Origin: Octopus vulgaris
Lineage: Eukaryota
Assembly: GCA_951406725.2 (NCBI GenBank)
Contig: OX597814.1
Location: 23,126,001-23,190,000 of the forward strand
Reading direction: 5' to 3'
DNA: 64,000 nt
The notes beneath the pieces were generated by a model. The model ran no database searches and was not told the DNA's origin. It worked only from the letters and a program-made list of their open reading frames with translations. The translations under genes were made by a program, and so were the position numbers. Shown here piece after piece: positions 39,426 through 55,345 of the stretch (positions are counted from its first letter, which is position 1; the number at the start of each line of letters is the position of its first letter).

Positions 39426-41929
39426 ATCTTATTCTTTATTTACAAGGGCTTGAAGAGATACAAATAAACATGAAATATTCACAAAGGGTTATGGAGAAAA
39501 AAGAAGTAGAATGCTTAAAAGTTTATAATTATGAAAGAGAGAAGTAAAAGATATAGAATATGAGTGGGTGTTTTAACCTTTTGAAAGTATGTACAATAAA
39601 ACACGCTATACTTATTATTAAAAGGAAATAAAATATAAAATACTATTGGCTAGGTTGTGTCTAACACTCCATTTTCCTTTCTACTCACCATTTCTAAATT
39701 TCCATAAAAGTGAAGCCAATATCACCAGTAAGCAATTTCTTTGAGACACATGGTGTTGGAAATCTCTAGGGCCTTTGCAGCATTCTCTTTTAAGTTTGTT
39801 GTTATGCCTTAGTTTATTTTTACTGATAATCTTTTTTACAAAATCTATGTTTTATATTCTGAAGTTAATTGTTTTCTTGTTATTCTAAATTCTTCAAATA
39901 GTCCATCGCATTACAGATGCACAATTTTGTCTATTAATTATTTGTTTGATTTTTGAAGGGCAAAGCTTATTCCTTCTTTTTTATCCTTTGCATTTTCTTC
40001 TTTATTTTCCTGAAGTGGAGTATCAATGTGGTTTCAAAGAAATTGTCCCTCATCACCTATTGTTTGAGTCATGTTTTCCCTTTTATGTTGCACTTGTTTG
40101 TAGATTTTTCATCTACAATTATTATTTCTAGCTCACTATATGATGATGGAGTGGTACTAATTTTTGATACTTTTAGGGGACAAGTTATTTGTTCATTTAT
40201 TTCATAAAGGGACTTCTCAAACTGTCAGACACACTCCCGAATATGCATTTATATATCCCAGTACATGGGTCAAATAAAAGACACTGAAAACAACAAAGAT
40301 CTTCACCTAATCATCACTTTTGTATTACATTATGGGCATGTAGTCAAAGCAGAGCATTAAAAAAATGGTGATGAAGTCAGTTGGTATTAAAATGGATTTG
40401 CAAATCTTAATGACTTCCAAAAGTCACAAACCCACACCAGAACTGTGTAGAGGCTACAGAGACAAAGGGCATGAATAAAATTTTATCAGCTAAAATGTAT
40501 GGGTAGTAGAGTCATAGGTAACCTTCCATGCTCACTGAAATAATAAAATTAAAAAAAATATATTTATACTTGTATTCTCTCAGAAAAAATAGAATACCCC
40601 CCCCCCATAATTAAACAAAATTCTCAGTACCTTAGGGATAATAATCAGATATAAAAATTTCATTAAACTTTAATTAAACTAATTTATAAGACTTGCATTC
40701 ATGCTTTGTCAAGATTCACTACGTTATTCTGGTTGCTGATCATACACAGTGAGCACTACTTTATGAAAAAATGTACACACATTCAGGATAGAACTGGCCA
40801 CTTTTACAGATCTGCACAAAATTTATTGCGAGTAGCGATGAATTCATATGTGTACAAGGGGTTGTAGTTATACAGTAAGAAGCAAAAGTTCTAAATATAT
40901 GTAGCAGAGTTTGGTTATTCATTTAGAACTAATGCTGTTCTCTTTCACAATTCTAAATTGCTTGCATTTATGTACTTTGCTGAATGAACAACTGGCTACA
41001 TGTGAGAAATTTGGGTCACTTGTTTTGAATATGGATGTATCTGTGAGTGTATAATCATGTATGTTTTATGCATGTATGTAAGCATGTGTGTATGTATGTA
41101 TGCATTATGTACTATGTACATATTATCTATGTATGCATGCATGTATGTATGCATGTGTGTGTATTTTTGTATTATGTATGTAGAAACCCACCTACAAACA
41201 CTCACACATAAACATACACTCTCATAAACATATATGAACTCACATATATGAACGTATAAGCATACATATATTAATTATTAGCAAGATAGATATGCATAGA
41301 TTAATATTTAATAATTGGTAAATTTGTTTATTATAGAAATATCAAGTCCTGAAATTCTTTCAATCACATTATACCATTTATAGAATTACAAAACAACTTT
41401 GGGTATTGTAAAGGACATATATATTGAAGAAATGAATCACAAACAGAAATCTTTAATTGAAGCTAAAAATCAATTTCAACTTAATTAAATTAATTGAATC
41501 TTTTGTACCTGTTTATTTGGTAAAGTCTTTGTTTTTCAAACTATATCATCTATAGTAAGAAAAAAGAGAGGACAGAAGGTCACGTGAAACATCTTATTGC
41601 CACATTGTAAATACAATGTTATTATGGGAATATTTAATTCATACTAATGTCTCTTACAAAGATTTCTTTCATTTACTCACAAAGATAAACAAGAAAGTTA
41701 TCATTACAAAATTACTACTAAGCAGTTTATATTAAAGGAACATGAATTATAAGTTATACATTCTTTTTATTTTAATTAAATTAATAGTCACTGATAAGAC
41801 CACTTAATAATCAATTGAAAAATATTTTCTTCATCATATAAACTTTAGATCTTTTGAGATTTATAAACAAAATTTTAAATTATGATTTTCTTGCATATGT
41901 CATATGATTAAATAAATAGTAATTCTTAT

Positions 41930-42230
41930 CTCTTCAATAGCACTATCCTGCCAGCTCTGTAATGCACAAGTGAGATGTAGGCAACTATGAAGAGGATATA
42001 ACATCAATTAGCTATGATGCAAGGGGCCAAAGAAAGATCCATGCTACGATTATCATTATGAGAATGCATTCAAAATGAGATAATTCAAGAATGGAGCAGA
42101 ATGAATGATGTGATTTCAAAATACTGAAAGCATAAGTTCTGCTGAGCCGGACATGTCCTAAGATTCACAGAAAACAGCTGGACCCATGCAGAAAAGAGAT
42201 CAGAAAAGGCCACTTAGAAGGTGATTTAGG
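41930..42230 (+). mobile_element. Decayed RTE-clade LINE ORF2 fragment
   Basis: FNSTILPAL...ERSML...KF.*AGHVLRFTENSWT...RP. Confidence 0.75.
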
Positions 42231-42583
42231 TCAAGTTTGAAAAGAATGGAATAATTAAGACATAATTGGTTAGTCTTGTTTTCACTGGTTGCAAAAATGA
42301 TACTAAAGGCAGAATGACGAAAGTGAATTTAATGTCCTAAAGTCAAAGGTTATCAAATTAGTGTATTTTATCATCATCATTTTCATCATTATCATCTTCA
42401 TTTATTTTTCTCATTGTTTGCAAATTATCCAAATTTCGGAAGCAAATTATCTTTCAACATAAATTTTTAATTTATATATATATCATATATATATATATAT
42501 TTATATTAGTGAAGTTATTTCTGATTCCACAGGGGAGAGAAGTTCTATTTAGTGGTACCAAAATGAATTACTCACTGTATTAT

Positions 42584-42614
<31 letters not shown>

Positions 42615-42616
<2 letters not shown>

Positions 42617-43181
42617 GGTTTAAGAGACAGAATCCCCCTCAAGCAACTCAATCATCATTGAATGAAATTATCCACGATAGGTACATATAGGACTAAATAT
42701 TAAAAATTATTAAAATTGATATCTACAATTCTTATTCTAAATCATATACATTACGTTATATAGACTACATGAATTTCATGACAACATATTCTTCGATGTT
42801 GCTGAAATAGAAAGTTTCGAAATACGATACCCTATTAAAACGATTATATTGCCAATCCTCAGGTCTAGATTATATGAACTTCTTATGCTATTTACATCCT
42901 ATATAAAGACATGACAAACTAAAAATAATCTAGACCTGAAGATTGGCAATATAATCATTTTAATTATGATCTTGTATTTCGAGACTTTCTATTTCAGCAA
43001 TATTGAGGAATATGTTGTCATGAAGTGTGTGTAGTTTATATAATATAATGTATATGATTTAGAATAAGAATTGTAGATATTAATTTCAATAATTTTTAAT
43101 ATTTATTCCTATATGTACATTTCGTGGATAATGTCATTCTTTGATGATTGAGTTGCTTGAGGGTGATTCTGTCTCTTAAAC

Positions 43182-43184
<3 letters not shown>
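42615..43184. mobile_element. Fold-back element, ~260-bp inverted arms and ~50-bp spacer
   Basis: 42615-42873 is the reverse complement of 42925-43184 with scattered mismatches. Flanked by (TA)n and (TATC)n. Confidence 0.9.
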
Positions 43185-43241
<57 letters not shown>

Positions 43242-43264
43242 ATATATATATATATATATATATA

Positions 43265-43665
43265 TTCTTTTATTCTTTGTTTGTTTCAGTCATTTTACTG
43301 CAGCCATGCTGGAGCACTGCCTTTAGTCAAACAAATCAACCCCAGGACTTATTCTTTTGTAATCCTAGTACTTATTCTATTGGTCTCTTTTGCTGAACTG
43401 CTAAGTTATGGGGACATAAACACACCAACATCAGTAGTCAAGCGATGATGGGGTGGACAAACACAGACACACAAATACACACACACACACACACACATAT
43501 ACATACTGTATACATTTATATACATATATATATATACATCATCCTCGTTTAACATCCACTTTCCACGCTAGCATGGGTTGGACATTTCGACCAGAGTCTG
43601 GGAAGCAGGAGGCTGCACCAGGCTCCAGTCTGATCTGGCAGTGTTTCTACAGCTGGATGCCCTTT
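43265..43665 (-). mobile_element. SINE family A 3' part followed by a family C fragment
   Basis: tttcagtcatt...gcagccatgctggagcac; then cgtttaacatccactttccacgctagcatggg. Confidence 0.8.
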
Positions 43666-43689
43666 CATATATATATATATATATATATA

Positions 43690-43900
43690 GTTAATCCAAA
43701 CATGAAGGCACAAAAAAACACAACAACGTGAGGACGTGGAACAAATATAGTATTATTGGACGCTCAGGAAAGAAGGAAAGAAGGAAGGTTTAATGTTTCG
43801 AGCAGAGCTCTTCGTTGGAAACATAGGAGAAGGAAAGATCCAGAGAAGGGAAGACAGAGGAAAAAAATCGCCAACGGTACACACGCGGTCACATTTTGAA
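43690..43900 (-). mobile_element. Short Penelope-derived element with a degenerate hammerhead
   Basis: Flanked by (TA)n. Minus strand 43788-43822 reads GUUU CCAACGA A GAGC UCU GCUC GAA ACAU U AAAC. Confidence 0.6.
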
Positions 43901-44489
43901 CGTGTATTTATATATATATATATACATGCACACACACATACATACCTATATATAGGCCTGTATGTATGCATGCGTGTGTGTGTGCTTCATGCATTTATGT
44001 TTATTGCGATAATAATTTTTGAAATTGTCACCTAATTTGATTGTACCGGAAATGCTGTGGAACTGCCTTTTGGTAAAGAAGAAAATGTGGTTTTTAAATT
44101 ATCAAAAATTAATCCAAGTTTCCATAAGATCAAAATTACTGAATGCATCCCAAAATTAGTGACCATTCTTTAGAATTTCTTTAAGCCTCAAATCCTATGA
44201 TCTGAAGTTGGCATAACATGAGGGATGCTGGTTGTAACAAATTCCAGTTTTGTATCTTCCAGCTTTCTCCAGTTGGTTGTCATATTAAAGTAATATTCAG
44301 CATTTCCAATCAAAACATCTAGTAAATCCATGACATGAGATTGTTTTTACAGCATTATCCATACCAGAGATTGTCTTTTATTAGTTATTCTTCTTAATAT
44401 AATGTCACTTGTTCTTTCTGCCTGAACCAATGTATATATTGTTTTACTGCCCTGGTGATAGAACTTACATCTATTAACTTAAACTACTA

Positions 44490-44709
44490 TACTCTTTTAC
44501 TCGTTTCAGTCATTTGACTGCGGCTATGCTGGAGCACCGCCTTTTAGTCGAGCAAATCGACCCCAAGACTTATTCTTTAGAAGCCTAGTACTTACTCTAT
44601 CAGTATCTTTTGCTGAACTGCTAAGTTATGGGGACGCAAAAACACACCAGCATCGGTTGTCAAGCGATGTTGGGGGGACAAACACAGACACACAAACATA
44701 TACACACAT

Positions 44710-44746
<37 letters not shown>

Positions 44747-45282
44747 GGGGGTAAAGACCCCCTTCGGTCATGAATGACCATGGGATTGCACCTAGAAAGT
44801 TACCTTCCTAGATACAAGTCCGGGCAAGGTTGTTTATGGAAGGCCAGCAGTCGCCCATGCATACAAGCCTCCCCTCTCCACGCCACCAGTGTTATCCAAG
44901 GGAAAGACAAGGGTCGATACAGCTTGGCACCAGTGACGTCGCAACTCATTTCTACAGCTGAGTGAACTGGAGCAACGTGAAATAAAGTGCCTTGCTCGAG
45001 AACACAACACGCAGCCCGGTCCGGGATTCGAGCTCACAACCTCACGGTCGTAAGCTCGACGCTCTAACCACTGATCCATGCACCTTCACATATACATATA
45101 TATATACATATATACGATGGGCTTCTTTCAGTTTCCGTCTACCAAATCTACTCACCAGGCTTTGGTCAGTCCGAGGCTATAGTAGAAGACACTTGCCCAA
45201 GGTGCCACACAGTGGGAATTAACCCGGAACCATGTGGTTCGTAAGCAAACTACTTACCACACAGCCACTCCTACACCTGCAT
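44490..45282 (-). mobile_element. SINE family A split by a nested SINE
   Basis: 3' part at 44490-44700 and 5' part at 45090-45282. Confidence 0.9.
44742..45088 (-). mobile_element. tRNA-derived SINE with LINE-like tail, nested in the (TA)n of a family A SINE
   Basis: Minus strand: TGGATCAGTGGTTAGAGCG (A box), GAGCTCGAATCCC (B box), CORE-like ttctcgagcaaggcacttt, tail ggtcattcatgaccgaaggggg. Confidence 0.85.
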
Positions 45283-46127
45283 GCTTAACATTAAATATAT
45301 GCTTTCGGGTATTAGAAGCTTTAGACATCTTATTTTAACAAAAATGTCTGTAGTCATAATCAGAATGCTTTTGATCATGACTCTGCTTGGTAATGGCTAA
45401 CCTTGGGCTAAACAATGACAATGGCAACAAGACAAAAAGTCATATAAAGTACACATGCAATATAATACAGAATATACAAAATTAGCAGCAGCATTGATAA
45501 TCTCATTAGTCTTATTAAATGGTCATGGTGATAGTGATGCTATTGGTAGTGGTGGTCTTCTTAATGAGTAAGAGATTTATGATGGCATTATTTTTGTTAA
45601 TCGATCAAATGAATTAAGTTAGGAAAATTTATAATTTATTCAAAACAAGCAAACTAATTGAAATAACGAAAGAGGAAAAAAAGGTTATTTTCTGCACTAA
45701 ACAGTGATGAATTATGTTTTAAAAGTCATTAAACAGCTTAAAATACAATAGGTCACAACTACTGATGATTTTTTGAATAGCTTAGAAAATCTTATGAAAC
45801 CAAGAGTTATTTTATTCTCTTATGAGTAAGGCGTGAATTTTCCTACTCACCTCTAGACTTAACAAATGTTAACATCATAAATCAACAAAAATATGACAGC
45901 TTTAATTCTTTAATTTATTTATTAGTATTATTTTGTTATTTTTATTCTTTTCCATTTTTGTTTTTGTGGTTTTTCTTTAAAAAATTCATTTGCGGATTCA
46001 AATGACAAAACAGACCAATCATAATCTTTCAAAAGGTGGATAACCAGAAAATTGGAGACTGACTTTTCCTAATTACCTGCATGGCACACCATAATTGTTG
46101 ATATGACTCTGTATGATACAGGTAGTT

Positions 46128-46158
<31 letters not shown>

Positions 46159-46445
46159 CAATGGTAATTGCTGTTGTTATTATTTTAAGTTAGATTAAAA
46201 TAGATTGCTTGTCTTAAAATGCAAATCTCTCGAGTATCATTGGAATACTTAAAGAAAAAAAATTTTTTGAAAATAATTCCATTTCAAAATAATGTGGTTC
46301 CAAGTTCGATCCCAATGAGTGACAATCTTGGTGAGCATCTGCTACCACAGCCTTAGGTTGACTAATGCCTCGTGAGTGAAATTTGCTTGAGAGAAATAGC
46401 TGGAAGGCCTGTTTATGCACATGTGTGTATGTGTGTGTGTGTATG

Positions 46446-47100
<655 letters not shown>

Positions 47101-48029
47101 TATGATTTGTATATATAAAAGATATGAAGTTTCCGTCAGGGTGACTCATACAAATACTAATACTGGGTGCTCAAATTGGTATGCCACTAAAATTCTGGTT
47201 TGAACTGCACCTGAACTTGTGATATTGTGACTGCCTTTCTAAAGTGGATAGAAGTGGCTTCCTCTTGAGCCAGTAGGTATATAGGTATAGATTAAGTAGA
47301 AATGAAAAGGCAAGACTTGAGAAGGATATTTAATTTAGCTATACAATAAAGGTAATGTATCCATTTTTATTATATAACTAAATTAAATGTCCTAGTCAAG
47401 TCTTGCCAAACAGTCATTTCTAATTTATATACATATAATGATTGCAGCATGGAAAGGACAAATTAGTCATTCAGAAACACACAAAGAATAACCTCACATA
47501 AACATTTATTGTTTATAATATGATGTCCAAATTTTTGTCACTTGAAACTGCAACCTGGACACAGGCATGACTTATACAGGCATGATTCAAAAATGACTTA
47601 AGGTCATATTTCTATACTAAGATGAACATCTTGTTTCTGAATTAATCATTATTTTTGAGACATTTTTAAGAAATGTAAAGTCAAATTTCATTATAAAATT
47701 CGTTTTCAGCTAGGAATTCCAGTAAGGTGTCAAAATCCTGAGAACTTATACAGCCTGACTGTTTCAGTAAGTCACCAAGCAAAACATGAGGTCTCAGTTA
47801 AAATGTATTTTATTATATGTTTGTGCATGAGTGTGTGTGTGTGTGTGTGAAGATACAGAGCCTGATGGTTAGAGAGCTTGAGTCATAATTACAAGTCATG
47901 GATTCAGTTCACACCCGGTGACACATTGTTTCTTTGAATAAGGGAATTTATCTCAGTATATTTTATTGTGTCTGGGGAGAGTCATTTTCTTTTTGTACCT
48001 TATATATATATATATATATATGTGTGTGT

Positions 48030-48451
48030 TATTTTAAATCTGGGTTTTGTTCCTGTTAACAGGGGTGGCCAGATCTACCTCAATGCCATAACAACCACCC
48101 TCATGGACATTTTCCTGATCCTCCCAATCTCATCCTCCACCTGTCCCCTCCACATTTTCCTTGGTCTACCTCGCTTTCACTGTCCATTTACCTCACACAC
48201 CAGCACCCTCTTCAGAACATGCTCCTCATCCTTCCTCAACACATGCCCATACCACTACACTCCATTCGCCCTTGCCAGCTGTTTCACTGACTCCTCCAAC
48301 TCCAGCATCCCCAACAAGTCCTCAGTCATCCTCTTATCAAACAGCCTCATGCCACACATTTCTCTCACCATTGCTCTCTTAGTCTCAGAATTGCCATCTC
48401 TCACTCCCATACAGCACTTCAGCTCTCACACAATTCCTATAGACCTTTCCT

Positions 48452-48452
<1 letters not shown>
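48030..48452 (-). mobile_element. RTE-clade LINE 3' fragment
   Basis: GKVYRNCVRAEVLYGSE...WYGHVLRKDEEHVLKR...KRGRPRKMW. Confidence 0.85.
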
Positions 48453-48484
<32 letters not shown>

Positions 48485-48489
48485 GTATG

Positions 48490-48967
48490 TGAAGGCCTTC
48501 TTTCAGTTTCTGCCTACCAAATCCACTCACAAAGCTTTGGCCGACCCAAGGCTATAGTAGAAGACACTTTCACAAGGTGCCATGCAGTAGAACTGAACCT
48601 GGGATCATGTGCTTTGGAAGCAAGTTTCTTACCACAGAGCCATGCTGGAGCACCGCCTTTAGTTGAGCAAATCGACCCCAGGACTTATTCTTTGTAAGCT
48701 TAGTACTTATTCTATCGGTCTCTTTTGCTGAACCGCTAAGTTACGGGGATGTAAACACACCAGCATCGGTTATCAAGTGATGTTGGCGGGACGAATACAC
48801 ACACACACATATATATATACATATACATATATACGACGAGCTTCTTTCAGTTTCCATCTACCAAATCCCCTCACAAGGTTTTGGTCAGCCCGAGGCTATA
48901 GTAGAAGGCACTTGCCCACGGTGCCATGCAGTGGGACTGAACTCGGAACCATGTGGTTAGTAAGCAA
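48490..48967 (-). mobile_element. Two fused SINE family A copies
   Basis: Head segment at 48490-48640 joined to a near-complete copy. Confidence 0.85.
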
Positions 48968-49115
48968 TACTTGGGCAGTCCTTAATATTGTTATTGTTGC
49001 TTATGTTCTTCTCTCATCTTTTCTTTTTCTCTCTCCCCACTTTCTCTATCTGCCTACCTACATAACTACCTACCTACTACCTACTGCCACACCTGCCTAT
49101 CTCTCTATCTATCTA

Positions 49116-49146
<31 letters not shown>

Positions 49147-51534
49147 CTGTCTGTATGGAAGAAATCAGCTGTGATGAAACCTGAGGTGGGACAAGCTCTG
49201 CCAAGTTTAGATACCTAAGTCAAACCATGTCATAACAGTGCTCCTATGTGTCCCCTCAGAATTTGAGGGAGCAAGATAAGACCAAGTGTGTATGTGTGTG
49301 TGTGTGGGGGGGTGTATGTGTATGTGCATCTGTGTGTGCAGCTATACATCCTTGTAAATCAGGGTGCCATAAAATAGTGCGTTGTTAAGTTATGGCTTTT
49401 GCAGGGGGGTTTAATAATCTTAGGATTTAGAGGTGGATAAAATATGTGCCACATTCAATACTGAAGCATGTGCAGTTGCCTGAAACTCTTCAGTGCTGTA
49501 TCCCAGGGTGGCTGTAGTCCAAACATTAAAACAAATAAAAAACACATTAAAGTGATAAAAAGAAAATGCAACTCGAATTTAAAATTCAGAATGTACATGA
49601 AATGGCTTAATAACTATTATTAAAGAAAATAGAAAGTTACAAAATAATATGTTTATGAAGTTAGAAATAATTATTTTGGACAGTTACAAATATAAAAATG
49701 ATAACTTTATTATCATCTTTGTGAGATTCTAATATTTTACAACATTAAAGGTGTTGATATAGATATCAAACAATACAATATCTTCTTAATAATACAATGT
49801 AGCAATCATAATATACAAACAAGTCTATGAAATATTTTGATTGATTTATAAAAATAGTATATTTCTTTTAATTTTCTGAAATAAATAGGAGATATATATT
49901 AAATCAATGCTGCAGTTAAGAATTTTCATTTCATTTTGTGTGATCATATAGTAAAAATGATGTGAAACATTTTTGTATGCTATTAATACAGGAGGGGAAA
50001 AAATGTATGCTATTTTATAATAATAGAAAAAAATATGAGTTTCAAAGAATAATTTCATATAGGTTAAGAGCCAATCATTTATTGGGAGGAAATCATTTGT
50101 GCACCATCATTTCTCTTTATCATTGAATTATTAGATTCTGTTTTCAAATGAAACTGTTTAGTTATACATTGAACTTTGAAAGCTGACCATTAATAGAAAT
50201 GAATAACCAAGGTTGGCTATGAATGCTACATTTAAAATTGTTATGGCAAACACTTCAAGGCAAAAGTTAAGAGTCTGCTACATGGTTTAATTTCCTCGCT
50301 GAAAGCCGTTTTACTTTGTTCATGTTACTAATGTCTTTCAGCTCAGCATGAACATCACATTTTCCCTAACCTAATATTAAATGGCATATGCCAAGATGAA
50401 AAGATTTATAACAGAAATGCTGGGGTATATTACAGTAGTGAAACAGTTTCAAAATTTGAATAACACTGCAAGTATACGTGAATGTGAGGGAAGCAAGTCT
50501 TTTATTTTAATGCTTCAGTGAGTGTGTATAAGAATTAACCTTTAATTTGCTTAGAGAGAATAAGCTTCTACAAAGGTGCACACAAATACATACACACATG
50601 CATACAAACGTACACAAACATGCAAGCACACCTACTTAAACATATACACTCACTCACACATCCACAAAGAGAAATATCTCTACATAGAAACATAAGCTGT
50701 TGCAAATCAAACATCACACATACATATAAAACGAAAAAATATATAAAGAAAGAAAACTCCAATGCATGCATATATGAAATAGACACACATGTATCATACA
50801 CACACACGTGCCTGTATGCTGTGTATATGCACAAATATACACACACATACACATGTGTGTAGATTTGTGCACATGAATAACTGTGTCTGAATGTTGATAT
50901 GGTTTTTCCCCCTTCTGATAAAGAATGTGTTGTATATGGTCTTATGTTGCAAACAGATGCTTCCAACCAAAGGTTGTATCTATAAAATGGGTGGAGAAAT
51001 TGAATGAAGTGTGCATAATTGTGAATTGTTCTTCAGATTGCTGGAACCATTTTTCTTGTTAGAATAATTTACTTGGCATTGCAGCTGGTTTTATATGTTG
51101 TTCTCTTTTATCAATATTCTTTTCCTCCAACATTTTTTTGCCTGCAAGCAGCAGGCTGAGTTTAGGAATGATATGACAAGAGATAAAATGGAATCCAATT
51201 TTTACAAAATGGATAAATAAACACACCTTTGAGCAAATGTCATTTTTGTATAGGATCATTTTATAAGAAAGAAAATCATAAAGAAATATATTTAAAGTGA
51301 TTGATACTGCAGGGAAACAAAAATAAAAATAAAATATTACAAAAGAATTAATTGAAACAAATTACACATCCATGCATGCATGCTCACACACAAAACATAC
51401 ACATAAGCATACATATATATTCCATGTGAAATAATTGTCTTTCTTTGCTGTGCCTATATAAATGCATGTGGATTCCTTTGCTACTTATTTGCATTTGTAC
51501 TGCATATAAGCCTCCCCAAAAAGTACAAATATAT

Positions 51535-52460
<926 letters not shown>

Positions 52461-53411
52461 AAATATTGTATACGAGTGAAAGAAAGAGAAATATGTATAG
52501 AAACAGAATGTTTGCATACTTCCATATGTGCTTTTGAATTTAACAAAGGAAATGTCTCAAGGTTAAACAAATATATTCTAATTTTTTTTCTCTTTTGAGA
52601 ATTTTCTGTTCTGCCTTTGATACTATTTGTTTCTTTCTCTTTATACTTGTCTCCAGTACCTGGACTTTATACACTTTTATTTATGTATTTTATATTTTGA
52701 AAGAGAAAGAAAGAATATGGTTTACCTCAGGCTGTTATGGTAAACCTCTTTGTGTAGGATATATAATGTCTTGTAATTATAGCAAATATCAGAAAACATT
52801 TTTATCTTTTATACAATTCTTTGTTCCAAACAATGAGGAATTATCAGTTATTTTGCTCTGTAATTGATGAAGAAAAACTTCATGGGTAATTATGTCTTTC
52901 TTAAATAAGAAATTTTATAATATACAAGTTTCTAGTGTATGCCAACAAATACTATATATACAACTGTTTAGTAATTCCCAAACAATACATATCATAGCAC
53001 ACTGATGTATTATTAGAAATTGTTGGGTCCATTGCAAAAATAATAAATTTATAAGCAATAAATGTGAAAAATCTAAATCTAAACATGTGCAAACCTTTTT
53101 CTATTCTGCTCCTGCCATAACTAAATATACTTGATGCCTAGCTCCTTTTCGAACAACTTGTTATTGCTCTTTGCTGCTTCTTTCCTTAAGTCTTTCCAAA
53201 CCTGTCACTGCTATAACAACTCCATCTACCTCATTTCTGCACTGCCATAGATTTGGTTGATAGTTCTCAGATGATTGTCTTGAAGGAATTTCCAGTTTTC
53301 ATCATCCTTTCTCTTACAAGCATTACAACTTACTGATAGTTATTTAAACTTGAATGTCTTCTTTCTCTAAATTATCTTTTGTTTCTGAGTCAACCTAGGT
53401 TAAAGAGTTAA

Positions 53412-53637
53412 CCCTTTTGTTATTGAATATATTTTGAGATGCTCTGTGTTTCTTTCAATTACTTTAAATATAACAAAGATTTTCATAAAATAACTTAGTT
53501 ATCATTAAGCTAGTGTTAGGAACATAAATTGTGACTAAGGTTTGGTGGAAGATTTTAATTGAAAACTTATGAAAACAAGACATTTGTACTCAGAGCCAGA
53601 GCCAGAGCCAGTTTCAGCCGGGTTGGTAATGAAAGGG
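53412..53637. mobile_element. piggyBac-type MITE
   Basis: TTAA|CCCTTTTGTTA...TAATGAAAGGG|TTAA: TTAA target duplication with CCC/GGG ends. Confidence 0.85.
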
Positions 53638-53954
53638 TTAATTCTTAAGCCATTAATTGCTAATTTATGCTGACTAGTACATTCTTCAAGGGGTAAAGTC
53701 TTTAGCATATACAATAAACTGCTTAACTCATTTTCTGGTGACAATAAAATCCAAATTAGTAGATGATCAAGTGGTTTCTTACTTTCCTGAATCTGTATTG
53801 CAAATGGTTAGGTTATTTGAATTGCAGAATTCTAGAAGTCTTGATCCTTCCTTATTCCTTGTATCATGCCCATAGCTTTTTTGCATACTAGAGAAACCTC
53901 CGTGGTATTGCCCAACATATCCATAGATCACTGCAGCTATCTTTGTTGTCTTTT

Positions 53955-54332
53955 ATATTTTATCTTTTCAGCCATTGGATTGCAGCCATGCTGGGGCATC
54001 GCCTTCAAGGGTTGAGCTGAACAAATCAACTCTAATGCTTATTTTTAAGCTTAGTACTTATTCTATTGGCCTCTTTTGCTGAACTGCTAAGTTGTAGGAA
54101 CATAAACAAACCAACTCCAGTTGTCGAGTGGTGATGTTGGACAAACACATACACAAACACACACACAAGCATACAACAGGCTTCTTTCAGTTTCTGTTTA
54201 CCAAATTATTCACTCACAACATACATATTGGATAACTGAGAGGTATAGTAGAAGGCATTTACCCAAGGTGTCATGTAGTGGGACTGAATCTGGAACCATG
54301 TGGTTAGGAAGCAAGATTTCTTACCACACAGC
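53955..54332 (-). mobile_element. SINE family A (diverged)
   Basis: Matches 63193-63603. Confidence 0.8.
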
Positions 54333-54349
54333 TATATGTGTATATATCA

Positions 54350-54359
54350 TCCCTCATCC

Positions 54360-54391
<32 letters not shown>

Positions 54392-55345
54392 GTAATTTAA
54401 CGTCCATTTTCCATGCTGGCATGGGTTGGACAGTTTGATTGAAAACTGGTAAACTGGGGAGCTACACCAGGTTTCAGTCTGATTTGGCATAGTTTCTACA
54501 GCTTCTAAGTTACAGCTTTTAGATTTCTACAGCTTCTAGGTTTCTAAGTTACAAGGACATAAACACACCAACATCGGTTGTCAAACAATGATGGGTGACA
54601 AACACATACACACAAATACATACATATATATACATATACACACATACATACATACTAACACCAACCACTTCAAGAGTGCAGTGGGTGCATTTTATGTGCC
54701 ACTGGCATGGGTGCCAGTTATGAAACTTCAGCGCCGGCCACATCTACAGTCTCACTTGGTTTCACAGGTCTTCTCAAGCACAGTGTATTACCAAAAATCT
54801 CGGTCCCTTGTCACAGCCTCTGTGAATCCCAAAGTTTGAAGGGTGTTTTTTACATGCTACTGGCACAGGTGCCAGATATGCAACACTGGCATTAGCCATG
54901 ACTACAATTTCCCTTGGCTTGACTGGTGTTCTCAAGCACAGTATCTCACCTAACATTAGAAGTGTGCTTTTCATGTACCACAAGCTCGAGTGCCAATTAC
55001 ACGACAATGGCATCGGCCATAACTGTGATTTCATTTGGCTTGATGGGTCTTCTTAAGCATGGTATATCACCAAAGGTCTCAGTTACTTGTCATTACCTCC
55101 ATGAGGTCTACTATTCAAAGATCATGCTTCATCTTCTCGTCCCATGTCCTCCTGGGTGTACCTCTTCTGCAAGCTCCCTCCACAGTTAGAGATTGGAACT
55201 TCTACACACAGAGCTGTCCTTGTCCATATGCATTACACGATCATACCAGTGCAGTCATCTCTCTTGCACGCCACATCTGCTGCCTTTTATGCCCAACTTT
55301 TCTCGCAAGACATTTAAATTCTGTCGTACATGCATTCTGACATTG
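54350..55345 (-). mobile_element. RTE LINE 3' end with family C tail and a nested SINE fragment
   Basis: Minus-strand LHWYDRVMHMD...TVEGACRRGTPRRTWDE...KKTHQAK*. (CAT)n tail at 54350-54390. Confidence 0.85.

Noticed and set aside
39660-40560. Coding-like minus-strand composition (also 44040-44460)
   Set aside because: No recognisable motif; probably an old TE fossil that I cannot assign.
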